A program made the position numbers and the translations under genes. From assembly GCF_001194135.2 (NCBI RefSeq), contig NC_068983.1, forward strand, positions 153,461,112 to 153,525,111: a stretch of DNA of 64,000 nt, given 5' to 3'. This document shows, piece after piece, positions 1-11,450 of the stretch. Numbering within the stretch: the first letter of the stretch is position 1; each line of letters begins with the position of its first letter. The DNA comes from Octopus bimaculoides. Its lineage: Eukaryota. The notes below the pieces were generated by a model. It was not told the origin of the DNA and ran no database searches. It saw only the letters and a program-made list of their open reading frames with translations.

Positions 1-67
1 CGTTCGACAAAAGCTAATCGCTCATATGTCGCCTTCGGCGGGAAAGTCCGTTGAGCTTAACCCTAGG

Positions 68-145
68 CGCACTAAGAGCCACTGATGAGAATTAAGATGG
101 TCTGCATTAAAATTCGAAATCGCAAGTGATATTGCTATGTCTGCG
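68..145 (+). ncRNA. Candidate type I hammerhead ribozyme
   Basis: CTGATGA (82-88); helix II GAATT/AATTC (89-93/111-115); GAAA (116-119); helix III ATCG/TGAT (119-122/127-130, one G.U, loop CAAG); triplet AUA with H17 at 131; helix I AGCCA/TTGCT (77-81/132-136, 4 of 5 pairs); in-register distal stem CGCA/TGCG (68-71/142-145). Folded by hand; no covariance search was run. Confidence 0.5.
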
Positions 146-1784
146 AACGTTGGGAGCTTTGTCTCCCTTGTCAATCGTATTAAGATAGTACACTTGTGGC
201 TAATGAGTCGTTCTAGCAATGCCAGTACCACTTTGTACCATCTGTCGCCTTAGTGACGGTTCTCTCTCTCTTTCTATATATATCCACACGCATATACACA
301 CACACACGAGGGAGTGTTTAAAAATGTTTGCCTTTGGGTAAAAGAAAATNNNNNNNNNNNNNNNNNNNNNNNNNNNNNNNNNNNNNNNNNNNNNNNNNNN
401 NNNNNNNNNNNNNNNNNNNNNNNNNNNNNNNNNNNNNNNNNNNNNNNNNNNNNNNNNNNNNNNNNNNNNNNNNNNNNNNNNNNNNNNNNNNNNNNNNNNN
501 NNNNNNNNNNNNNNNNNNNNNNNNNNNNNNNNNNNNNNNNNNNNNNNNNNNNNNNNNNNNNNNNNNNNNNNNNNNNNNNNNNNNNNNNNNNNNNNNNNNN
601 NNNNNNNNNNNNNNNNNNNNNNNNNNNNNNNNNNNNNNNNNNNNNNNNNNNNNNNNNNNNNNNNNNNNNNNNNNNNNNNNNNNNNNNNNNNNNNNNNNNN
701 NNNNNNNNNNNNNNNNNNNNNNNNNNNNNNNNNNNNNNNNNNNNNNNNNNNNNNNNNNNNNNNNNNNNNNNNNNNNNNNNNNNNNNNNNNNNNNNNNNNN
801 NNNNNNNNNNNNNNNNNNNNNNNNNNNNNNNNNNNNNNNNNNNNNNNNNNNNNNNNNNNNNNNNNGAGAGAGAGAGAGTGAGAAATGCCAGTAGACAGAT
901 ACGTGCATGCGAATTTCGTAGCTATTAGATCATCGAATAAGATATTTGCAGCCTTTGTTCTGGCTTATGTCTAATCTGCGGCAAGTGTGGTGTTATTTTG
1001 CAGCTTTGCACAGGCGGAAGTGTTACTCATATCCGCTACCACCTAATTGGTACCTGTGAAATACTTGTACGATGTGTTTGGAATCCTATCTCATTCTACT
1101 CCCTGCAATAGCTTGCTTTTGCATTTTCTTAGCTGTGTCAATTTTATGGCTCCCATGATTTTTCAGTTTCTTTTCTTATTGGTTCAAACGACCTGAATTC
1201 AAATAATTCCTTCCACACAAATACACATTCCCACATTTCTTCATTCCCTTGCTCAATTGAGTTATGCATTATCTATTATATGCTTTAATTTATCTATTTT
1301 ATTCTATAAAATCGTTTTGTGTTTTAGACATCCGTTAGTTCTTAAAGAAAGTTTTTCGGTTTTCATTCTAACGGATTCTCCATAATTTAGAGAGAATATC
1401 TTTTTCATGAGCTCTTTACATTGGTGCATTATGTATCTCTATTCTGTTTTTCTCCTTTTGTAGTTGTGCAGATTCCTTGTACGTCCTATCGATCTAGCGC
1501 GATTTCGCCAAATCGTGTTTGAGATTTTATATTTCTCTACTCCTTTTCTTTTTTAACGAGAGTTGTTGCTGCTTATACTATTTTGTTTAACCTACATATA
1601 TTGAGATTCTAGTCCGTTTCAACACCTATCTAACGTTCTTTTGTTCTAGTAGCTATTTGTGATGTTTTACCCTTGACAGATAACTTCGTTGGACCAGAGG
1701 AAACGAATTACTTTTAATTCAGTAGTTACTTCTACCATTAGTTTATGATGATCATGGTTTCTCTTTGATAATTTTTTGTTCGTA

Positions 1785-2004
1785 TACGAGGGGGTGCCAC
1801 AACATTTCTTGCTTTAAGTTCTCGTGAAAGGCCTGGTCGGAGCCCCAGCATTCTGAGTTCTTTTACACCGCTTAGAGAAACTGAACGACCGCCGCAATAA
1901 GTGTGTGAATCCGAGTGGGGAATATATTGAATACAATCATAATTATCTGATCATCCTGTATTTTCTTTTACGCAAAGCCAGGAACTATTCAGTAATCCTT
2001 CCTA
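1785..2004 (+). mobile_element. Internally deleted mariner element (MITE-like) with both TIRs
   Basis: Left end TA-CGAGGGGGTGCCACAACATTTCTTGCTTT. The right end reverse-complements to TAGGAAGGATTACTGAATAGTTCCTGGCTTT (imperfect TIR, TA at both ends). The interior encodes RLEKLNDRRNKCVNPSGEYIE, like the mariner transposase C-terminus (KL..RW.KCV...GEY.E). Confidence 0.7.
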
Positions 2005-3319
2005 TATTGTCCTCTGCAATATATTATTTTATTTATGTTGGTTAGAAGTTTGGCCCCTCCTTCCCCTATGCAATACACGGTGTTGACTATTTTTAGCAGT
2101 CTTAGAATAACTAGAAGAGGGCGAAACGACGACCAGTTGTACTGGAATATTCCGCTGGATATTTGATTGAAAATAGTGCCTATCATAGCCATTATTAACT
2201 ATATTAACTATATAAGCCATTACAACCGTTTCATAACTTTTATTTTAATGAAGTTTAATATGGTGTGAAGGAACTGATGTAATTCGGGAATTTTGATCAG
2301 CAAACACTTAAGACAACTGAAATGCCCTAATGTTGTTATGTTATAAGAAGTTCTCTTTCTTCTGGCTCATGCATTGCTATCATATTAGTAAATAGACGGT
2401 GAATTGTCCCGTACAATTCACTCGGATTATATCGCTTATATTTCTAGACGTTCAACTCTACTACTGTGTAATATATTGCAGACTAGTTAATAATTTCACG
2501 GTATAAAAATGAAAGTGTAATGATTAGATTATCTGGCATTGATTCTTGTGTATAGTTTTTGTTCTACGAGAAGGAAACATCTAACCATTAACTATGCATC
2601 GTTTAGAATACGGTTCAGAAAGTTGTCTGGTATTGCAGTATGTTGAATGAAAACCACCCAAATATTGATTGTTGTAATTCTTTGAGGAAATTTATGAAAA
2701 TAGCTGTTGTTATGCATTCAAGATAAAAAGAAGGGAATTTCTAAAGTTAGAATGAAATATTCAGAGTAACTACAAAACAATCCAACAAATATAAAGGGAA
2801 GCAAATACAATTATTTATCTATAAAAATGGCGAATACATTTTCTTCATTAACTTGTACGACATTTGTAAAATGATTGACGTAAGAAAAGGGGATGGGTGG
2901 AGGGTGTTGAGGCGGGAGTAGGGGAAAGAGAAAGGAGGAGATGGAGGTGGATTACGAAAAAATATTGGAATCAACGATAAAAACGACGAAGACAATAGTG
3001 ATGGTAAATCTGTAATAGTAAAAATTATAATTACTAAGACGTTCACCATCAACAAGTTCTTCCCATCATCATCGTACACTTCCACAGCAGCATATTCAAC
3101 ACTATCACCATGATCATCATCTTCATGATCATAATTCTGGTCTGATCGTCATCGTGTCGATCATGTTCCAGCTCCCGACAAAAAGATCAATAAAAAAAAC
3201 GTTTGCATCATTTGTAGTACATCAAATTACAAATACTAGAAGCGCTGATATTTACATCAAAGTCCTTTATATTAAGACAAAACTATATAGATATTAATAG
3301 AACGCACAATAACGATTAA

Positions 3320-3830
3320 GAAGAGGTTGAATAATGATGATGAAGAAGTTGATGATGATGATGGTGGTGATGACGATGACGACAACGATGACAACGATGA
3401 TGATGATGACGACGACGACGACGATGATAATGATAATGATGATGATGATGATAATGATGATGATGATGGCGATGATGATGATGAGGTTGATGATGATGAT
3501 GATGATGATGATGAGGAGGAGGATGATGATGATGAGGATGATGATGATGAGGATGATAATGATGATGATGATGATGATGATGATGAGGATGATGATGATG
3601 AGGATGATGATGATGATGANNNNNNNNNNNNNNNNNNNNNNNNNNNNNNNNNNNNNNNNNNNNNNNNNNNNNNNNNNNNNNNNNNNNNNNNNNNNNNNNN
3701 NNNNNNNNNNNNNNNNNNNNNNNNTGGTGGTGGTGGTGGTGGTGGTGGTGGTGGTGTTGGTGGTAATGGTGACGGTGACGAAGAAGTTGGTGATGATGGT
3801 GACGACGATGTTGATGACAAGGATATGGGG
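3320..3830. repeat. (GAT/GAC)n then (GGT)n microsatellite, interrupted by a gap
   Basis: Directly visible trinucleotide arrays; source of the poly-D, poly-M, poly-H and poly-S ORFs. Confidence 0.95.
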
Positions 3831-4059
3831 AGAGCGATAGGCGTAACTCGGATGATACAGACATCGGATTTAAGGTAATGAAAAGGATAAAATGTGGGCG
3901 ATGCTAATGATGAGAGTGTTGCACATAACGGTGAAATTAATAGAATTAGCAACAAAGATTGCAATGATTATAAGAATACTGTTGGAAAAAAAAATAGGAG
4001 GACGTGGAGGAGGAGGAAGATGAGGGGGAGGAGGAGGGGAGAAGAAGTATATGATGAAG

Positions 4060-4560
4060 GAGAAAAAGAAGAAGGACAAGAAAAAGAAGAAGAAGAGAAG
4101 AAGAAGAAGATTTAAAGAAGTAGAAGAGGAAGAAGAAAAAGAAGAAGAAGAAGAAGAATTAAAGAAATAGAAGAAGAAGAAGAAGAAAAAGAAGAAGAAG
4201 AAGAAGAAGAAGAAGAAGAAGAAGAATTAAAGAAATAGAAGAAGAAGAAGAAGAAAACGAAGAAGAAGAAAAAGAAGAAGAAGAAGAAGAAGAATTAAAG
4301 AAGTAGAAGAAGAAGAAGAAGAAGAAGAAGAAGAAGGACAAGAAGAAGACGAAGAAGAAGAAGAAGAAGAAGAAGAAAGAAGAAGAAGAAGAAGAAGAAG
4401 AAGAAGAAGAAGAAGAAAAAGAAGAAGAAGAAGAAGAAGAAGAAGGACAAGAAGAAGAAGAAGAAGAAGAAGAAGAAGAAGAAGAAAAAAAAGAAGAAAA
4501 AGAAGAAGAAGAAGAAGAAGAAGAAGAAGAAGAAGAAGAAGAAGAAGAAGAAGAAGAAAA
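4060..4560. repeat. (GAA)n polypurine compound microsatellite
   Basis: GAA array with recurring variants TTAAAGAA(A/G)TAG (four copies) and GAAGGACAAGAA (three copies). Confidence 0.95.
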
Positions 4561-4806
4561 CATGCTAGTGATAGCGGCGTAAGTGATGATAAAGACAATG
4601 GGGAAAAGTAAAAGGAGGACGACGGCGATGATGACGAGGAGAAAAATTGTGATAGTGAGTAGAAGGACATGTTGGTGTTGGTGATGCTTGTTGGTTTTTT
4701 TCGGTGGTGGCAGTAAACGTTGCTAGATGAGTCGTTGGTGGGCTTGTCGGCGCCCGCGGTAACGCCATGGTATTGGCTTTTGCGGCGGTATTGAAGGTGG
4801 TGTTGA

Positions 4807-4807
<1 letters not shown>

Positions 4808-4845
<38 letters not shown>

Positions 4846-4879
4846 GATGATGATGATGATGATGATGATGATGTCTTTT

Positions 4880-4935
<56 letters not shown>
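4808..4935. repeat. (ATT)n-(GAT)n-(ATT)n compound microsatellite
   Basis: Directly visible. Confidence 0.95.
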
Positions 4936-4937
<2 letters not shown>

Positions 4938-5534
4938 CACTACCACAATCAAAACTATCGTCATCAACTTCGTCGTTGCTTTCATCGACACCATCACTAT
5001 TATATTCTCGGAGAAGAATTCACTAAAGTGAAACAAAAATAAATGAAAGATATTTGAACAAAGGCAACAACAACAACAACAACAACAACAATCTCAGCAA
5101 TAACAAGAACATCAACAACAGCGACTAAATTAACCACAACAACAACAACAATACCACGAACATGAAAATCAAAGTCACATCAACAAGTATTAGAACAACA
5201 TTACCGAAGGAGATGAAAGTTATCTTGGTACTTACTCAATTATTATTAGAGTATACACCAATATAGATATTATAGCAAGTGTATAGCTGTATACATATTC
5301 TTGAGAATTACACTACTAAACAACCCACAAATAATAACTACATAGAACGATGCGAACGATAAGAACAATAAATATATAATATCAACTTAAAAATACAATG
5401 ATAAAAGCTAACTGCTTCAAAGTAGACGTTACTTTAATCTATTTAATGAAAAACATACATACTCACACACATACTTATGTAGACACGCGCTCATACAATC
5501 TAATGTGTATGTAGGTACATATACATACACACAA

Positions 5535-5581
<47 letters not shown>

Positions 5582-5692
5582 ATGTATATATATGTACATA
5601 TACATATCTATATGTGTATATATAGATATATACATATATAATATATGTATATATGTGTGTATATGCACACACACACAGGACCCACACATTTT

Positions 5693-5732
<40 letters not shown>

Positions 5733-5857
5733 GTACAAAGTAACTTGCTTACTTACACATAATCATACATATGTATGTTAGTGTGTAGCAGTGTTTAGTT
5801 TCAATGTTTCAATGCTATGCAGTTATGGACTGAAGAAATTTATCTAGATTTTTAGCC

Positions 5858-5899
5858 AAAACTTAGTCAAAGATACTTAGTCAAAGAACTTAGTCAAAT
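5858..5899. repeat. Short tandem repeat, three copies of ACTTAGTCAAA(GA)
   Basis: aacttagtcaaagatacttagtcaaagaacttagtcaaat. Confidence 0.85.
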
Positions 5900-6152
5900 A
5901 TACATGCAAACAGCTTATCCTCATCCAATATCACTGGATGAACACATGTTGGGTGGGGGGCAACAAATTAATTTCAATCCTGATCAAGAATATCATTGGC
6001 GTCTGATTATCCTGCTTTAAACTCCTCGCAGAAATATTGCCTATAAATACACTTCTAGAATCCAATGCAATTTTGGAGTCGACTATTTCTTTGAAACCAA
6101 CTCTTAAATGCATCAGAAAAATGTCAATATCAATATATCACTTATTGGCAAA

Positions 6153-6308
6153 TTTTTCCGTCTTTACGTTCTGAGTTCAAATTCCACCGAGCTCGAATTT
6201 ACCTTGCATTCTTTTGAGGTTCATAAAATAATTACCAGTTCCTGAGTTCGATGCAATTGACTAAGCCCCTCTCCGAAATTGTTGGCATTGTGCCAACTTT
6301 TGAAATCA
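6153..6308 (+). mobile_element. SINE family A, 5'-truncated and diverged
   Basis: ctttacgttctgagttcaaattccaccgag...taccagtt...ttgtgcc aligns by eye with the copy at 6713. Confidence 0.75.
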
Positions 6309-6712
6309 ATATTAATGTATTTCTTCAGTGAAATATGCTAATGTTAGTTAGCAAAGCTGACCCGTCATTAGCATATAGAAAAGCTGAGAGAATGTAGCGA
6401 CTCAGATTACATATACCTCCTGTATGATTTCTTGCATGCTGAAATTAATTACTGTTCAGATAAGATATGCAACAAACCAAATAGTAACCAATTAATATAT
6501 GGCATCATAAACCGTGATTACAACAGGGCTTTCAAAACCTTTTCTTCCTCTCTCCCTCTTTGTATTATACATACATACATACATACATGCATACATGCAT
6601 GCATACATAGTCACGCACACAAATATATCCAGGCACGCATGTACGCATGAAATCACTCCTCAGCAAAATTGATCCCAGGAAGTTTTTTGTTTGCCAATTA
6701 TTAATTTGGTAC

Positions 6713-6928
6713 AAGGCGGTGAGCTGGCAGAACCGTTAGCACGCCGGGTGAAATGCTTAGCGGTATTTCGTCTTCTTTACGTTCTGAGTTCAAATTCCGC
6801 TGAGGTTGACTTTCTCTTTCATCCTTCCAGGATCGATAAATTAGATACCAGTTGCGTACTGGGGTCGATCTAATCGACTGGCCCCCTCCCCCAAAATTTC
6901 ATGCTTTGTGCCTAGAGTAGAAAAGAAA
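6713..6928 (+). mobile_element. SINE family A (tRNA-derived, Meta-like central domain), full length with 14-bp TSD
   Basis: Head GGCGGTGAGCTGGCAGAA, B-box GAGTTCAAATTCC, central GAGGTTGACTT..CTTTCATCCTTCC..GATAAA..TACCAG resembling the MetaSINE/Sauria domain (from memory). TATTAATTTGGTAC is duplicated at 6699-6712 and 6929-6942. Confidence 0.9.
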
Positions 6929-6969
6929 TATTAATTTGGTACGTTAACGGTTTGTATATAAAGTATGTA

Positions 6970-7160
6970 AGTCGTCGAGCGGGCAGAATCTTTATCATGC
7001 CGGGTAAAATGCTTAGCAGATTTCACTTGTCTTTACGTTCTGAGTTCAAATGTCACTGAGGTCGCCTTTGCTTTCCATCATTCGTGGTTGATAAAATAAA
7101 TACCAGTTGAGTACTGGTGTCACTGATGCAGACTAGCCCCCTCCACAACACTGTAGAAGA
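6970..7160 (+). mobile_element. SINE family A, diverged tandem neighbour
   Basis: gggcagaatc...aaatgcttagc...ttacgttctgagttcaaa...gaggtcgcctttgctttccatc...taccagttgagtactgg. Confidence 0.85.
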
Positions 7161-8669
7161 GAGGATATAAAGTAGGTATATAGGTTATTTAATCTAAACG
7201 TCGCCTTACCTCCTCCAAATACTCCGTACAACATTTTGAGAAGAGAAACAAATTTTCCAAAGATTCATAAACTTTTTTTATCGAGAATCACAAAGTCACA
7301 AATTCCAGATTCCCACCTTTTGTCTTTGATGAACAATATCTCAAGTTTGACTGAAAAACTTAAAGTGTTATATATAGGACAGGAATAATAGATCTTTTAT
7401 TTGAAATTATTCTTTATAATAGAATAGTTTTAAAACGGTTTTAAATTTCAAGACGCGTTCAATTATTGTTTTTAATTGGAAATTTGCAATAAGTTACTTT
7501 TAAAGATGAAACGATATATTGTGTGCAAATAGTTCTAATATAATTTGGACAGCTAGATTATGTGATGTTATTTTCTTTAGTTTTAGATACAACTTCAAAG
7601 GAAAAGAAATTCCTTGTTGATTTGGATATTAATGATTAAATTATTTTTCTTCGTGAAAACAGTTGCAACATATTATTGTGTGCACAGCATACTAAAGAAA
7701 CTATCAACCTACTTCTCTGTTTAAATAAAATATATATCACTACTAGAGAACTTACTCTCTATAAAAGCAGAAAAGTTCTGATTGTCATTAAACTACCACA
7801 AATACTGATAATGAGGATGGAAATGCTTTGTTTAGGAAAGAAAAAATGTCTACTCAAACAGCCGCACGTCTTTAAAACTGCTGAAATCAAAACTTTCCGA
7901 AAGGACAATTTTTAAGAAGTTAAAAGAAGCTGATTTTTTCCAAGAGACGTTGTTGGAAGCCTCTTTGAACTAAAGTAATCATTAGTGTTGGATTAAAAGT
8001 CTTAGCCTAGTACAGTTACTGTAATACAGAATGTTTTCTGAAAGTCATGTGAAGTGAGGAATCACAAAGTTACAGGCTTCTTGTAACCTTACAATGAAAA
8101 TGTATTTCAACGAATGTGAAGCATGGAGAACATCATACATGGCAGTAAAGTGTCTTTTCAAACGTAATTGTTTATGATTTTATAAAGTGTTAATAGTCGT
8201 ATATCGTCTAACATTACTTAGAAGTTAAATTTTCCTGATAATCATGTTTCTGTCAGCTCAGATTACATATTTAACTCCCGAGATAAAGATTTGGCATGTA
8301 TTCAGCACATAACTGTGGGAAGAAACTTTTCAAATTCTGATAAAATTTGGAAAGTTGTGAAACATAACTGTCATTTCAATTTCCGGCGTAACCACATTGT
8401 CATTGCAGACATATATCTTTAATATATGTCTAGAATGTCTAACTAGTCCTGATATTGCCTGAAATGTTTTGTGGAAGTTTTACTTGTGAAATTAGGAGCA
8501 GCTCTGCGTTTGTTCAAAGTGGATTTCAGTCCGTCACTGCATGAGCACATAAGTGGAAATTAAAGGAACCAAATCTGCACCATAACCGCTGGTAGCGTTA
8601 TGCATATAAACATGCTGTCAGTTGTATGGTTGACAATCAATGGTTAGCCAATCCAGTTTTGGTGAAGTT

Positions 8670-8977
8670 GCATGGCTGAATGAGTAGGTTATTAGGCTTA
8701 TGATCCATTAGGTCGTGAGTTCAATATACATGTCGGTGTGTTGTGTCCTTGATTTATACAATTTAATTACACGTGCTCCAGTCCATTCAGCTGGCATAAA
8801 TAAGTAGTACCTGTATTTCAAAGGACCAGTCTTATCACAATCGATGTCATGCTGAATCTCCTTGAGACGTACTAGTGTCTGGAGAGGGCTCAGCCACTTA
8901 CACGTTGATTTCACCAGCAGGCTGTTCCGTTAATCGGATCAACTGGAACCATGGTTGTCGTAACTGACGGAGTGCCA
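8670..8977 (+). mobile_element. SINE family C (tRNA head, CORE-like body, tail X)
   Basis: gcatggctgaatgag...gagttcaat head and tgttgtgtccttga body; its 3' module (8810-8872) is homologous to 39272-39332. Confidence 0.75.
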
Positions 8978-10841
8978 ATTAATCCTGTTTTTGAGTATGC
9001 ACTACGTCCACGCACAATGCACGCTAGAAACTCTTTAAAATCATTGCTATAGGGAGTTTCAAAGGCCTTCAGTTCTGCTATTTGATACACAATCTGATCT
9101 TTCCCAAAATGAAGTCTCCTTTCTAGCTATAGACATCCTAATGAACAGTGATAATGTCAAGGAATAAAGGTTCATTCACTTGTGTAGTAGTGCTAAGCAT
9201 AGTAACGAGAACTGATTCTCTATAAGGTTGCTTAATTTGGAAACTTGAAATCATCCCGATATTTAGCATACCTATCACATATGAAACTTGATAGGGTGAG
9301 CTTTTACCTTGATTCAGTTTTCCAGTGATCAAGTATCATGTCTGAAAATGTGTCTGTGTTTAACAATGTGAATACACTGTTTTCGAATATCTTAGAATAT
9401 TTTTATGTGCCGTCTAAACAGAGTTCCTATCTTAGAAAAGTATATCAGGGATTGCACAATGGTAATAAATTTAAATGTTAGTAGTTTCAAATTCCTGTTT
9501 GACTCATCTGTCTCCAATATCTTGCATATAACCAAGGCCTTCTCCGTCCTTTTCGAACTATGGTGATTTATCTATGGAGCTAAAGCTGGAAAGATGCGCT
9601 AACACCCTCTAGATCAACTCTGTTGCGTTAATCAGTTATATTTGATTTCATTTACGTTTCTTATAAGAGAAACATCATCTCATCATCGTAGACATGTTGC
9701 AAGTAAACAAGCAGTGGACAACAGAGGAATGTTATTTTGGAATATCGTGTTCTGTGTAAGTCATAAGGTCATAATTGTCAGCTTGCAGCAAAACAACAAT
9801 ATAAAACAAAAATACAAAAATGCAAAAATCGAAAGATCTTCAAGAGAATAAATTCCTCACTCATGAAATCGTATTCAGCACCAGTTTTCAATGGAATCAT
9901 CTCCAACAAAGCCCCCATTTGAGTTACATGGGCCTTCATAACAGTGCATTTGATTAAACATAGTAACACACATATGCGTACACACATATGTATGTATGTA
10001 TATACATTTATATATACATATATATATATATATATACATATGTATGTATGTATGTAACAGCATAAGTCTTAAACAAAATCAGTATGAGTGACGATCAATA
10101 CATTGTCTATTGCGTTGGTGATATTTGTGAAACACAGACCATTATAGCAAATTTGTTTCCAGGATATTTCCCATAATGGAAAATCACAAGATGAAATAGA
10201 AACCGCAGATCACATTGTTAATCGATAACCAAATCTACCAGACTTAACTCTATGGTTTCAGACGCTTACTGTCATTTGTTAGTTGATGCAATATATTTTC
10301 ATCATTTAGTTAAGTTGGATACGTTTCATACCATAATGAATTTTCTTCACATGAACATTTTATGTTACTGTTATTTTGTTCTTGAGCATCAGATTAGTCA
10401 TGATTAAAAATACCTATGATCAAAGCGTATGTTAAAAGATAGTCCAGTATGTATACTATTATACAAGATCATACATAACGCCTTTCGTATTCTTAGATTG
10501 TATAAGTGTTATTTAAACAAGATGTACTTGCTTTTGTTTAGCGTGGTGTGATACTACTTAAATGTTCCCTCGTATAATCTAGTGGAGTAAAGTGTTTGTA
10601 AATATTTTTTTTTAATATGTAAGCACGTTGCTTGAAACTTTGAAACATGTGATTGCGCAATGAGATCAACTACACTATCTGATTTATAATTTATTTTATA
10701 CACTTTATCAAATGTATAGAGGCAAATATTATTCCTGCGGAAATTGAAATGAGAACGCAAAGAACGGAGAGAAATATTACCTGACATTCTTTATGACGCT
10801 ATAACGATTCCACTAGTCCACAATTTTGAAGAGTTTGATGA

Positions 10842-11045
10842 TATTCTTTCTACAACAGGCACAAAGCGTAAAATTGTGGCGATGGAGCAATCGATTGCAT
10901 TGAACCAGGGTTCAACTGGTACATACTTTCACGACCCCGAATGAATGAAACATTAAGTCAACCTCGCGATTTTTAAACTTAAAACGTAAAGCAGTAAAAA
11001 ATACAGCTAACCATTCTGTTCGGAACGGTAATGTATCGGCCGACT
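10842..11045 (-). mobile_element. SINE family A, old diverged copy
   Basis: The reverse complement contains ctttacgttttaagtttaaaaatcgcgaggttgactt...ggggtcgtgaaagtatgtaccagttg...ttgtgcctgttgtagaaagaat. Confidence 0.65.
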
Positions 11046-11080
11046 TGACGTCATAGAGGCTAAGTCATATATGCTTTTAA

Positions 11081-11450
11081 TCTTTTACTTGTTTCAGTAA
11101 TTTGACTGCGGCCATGCTGCAGCACAACCTTTAGGCGAACAAATCGTCTCCAGGACTTATACTTTCTAACCCTAGTACCTATGCTATCGGTCTCTTTTTG
11201 CCGAACCGCTAGATCACGGGGACGTAAACACACCGACACCGGTTGTCAAGCCATGGTGGCGGGACAAATACAGACACACACACAAATACACACATATACA
11301 TATATACGACGAGCCTCTTTCAGTTTCCGTCTACCAAATCCACTTACATGGCTTTGGATAGCCCCAGGTTAAAGCATGAGACACTTACTCAGGGTGCCAC
11401 GCTGTTGGACTGAACCCGGAACCATGCGGCTGGGAAGCCAACTTCTTACC
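11081..11450 (-). mobile_element. SINE family B (tRNA head, CORE-like domain, internal (CA)n), head runs into a gap
   Basis: Colinear with 43427-43933 and 54368-54650 (tcttttacttgtttcagt...ccgaaccgcta...ccgtctaccaaatccac...gactgaacccggaaccatg). Confidence 0.9.

Noticed and set aside
22-231. 69-aa minus-strand ORF overlapping the hammerhead candidate
   Set aside because: No ATG (GTG start), no recognisable motif and no clear splice signals. It is not excluded formally.
3272-5036. Long poly-D/S/H/M/L/I ORFs
   Set aside because: They are translations of trinucleotide microsatellites, open in several frames on both strands and partly made of N.
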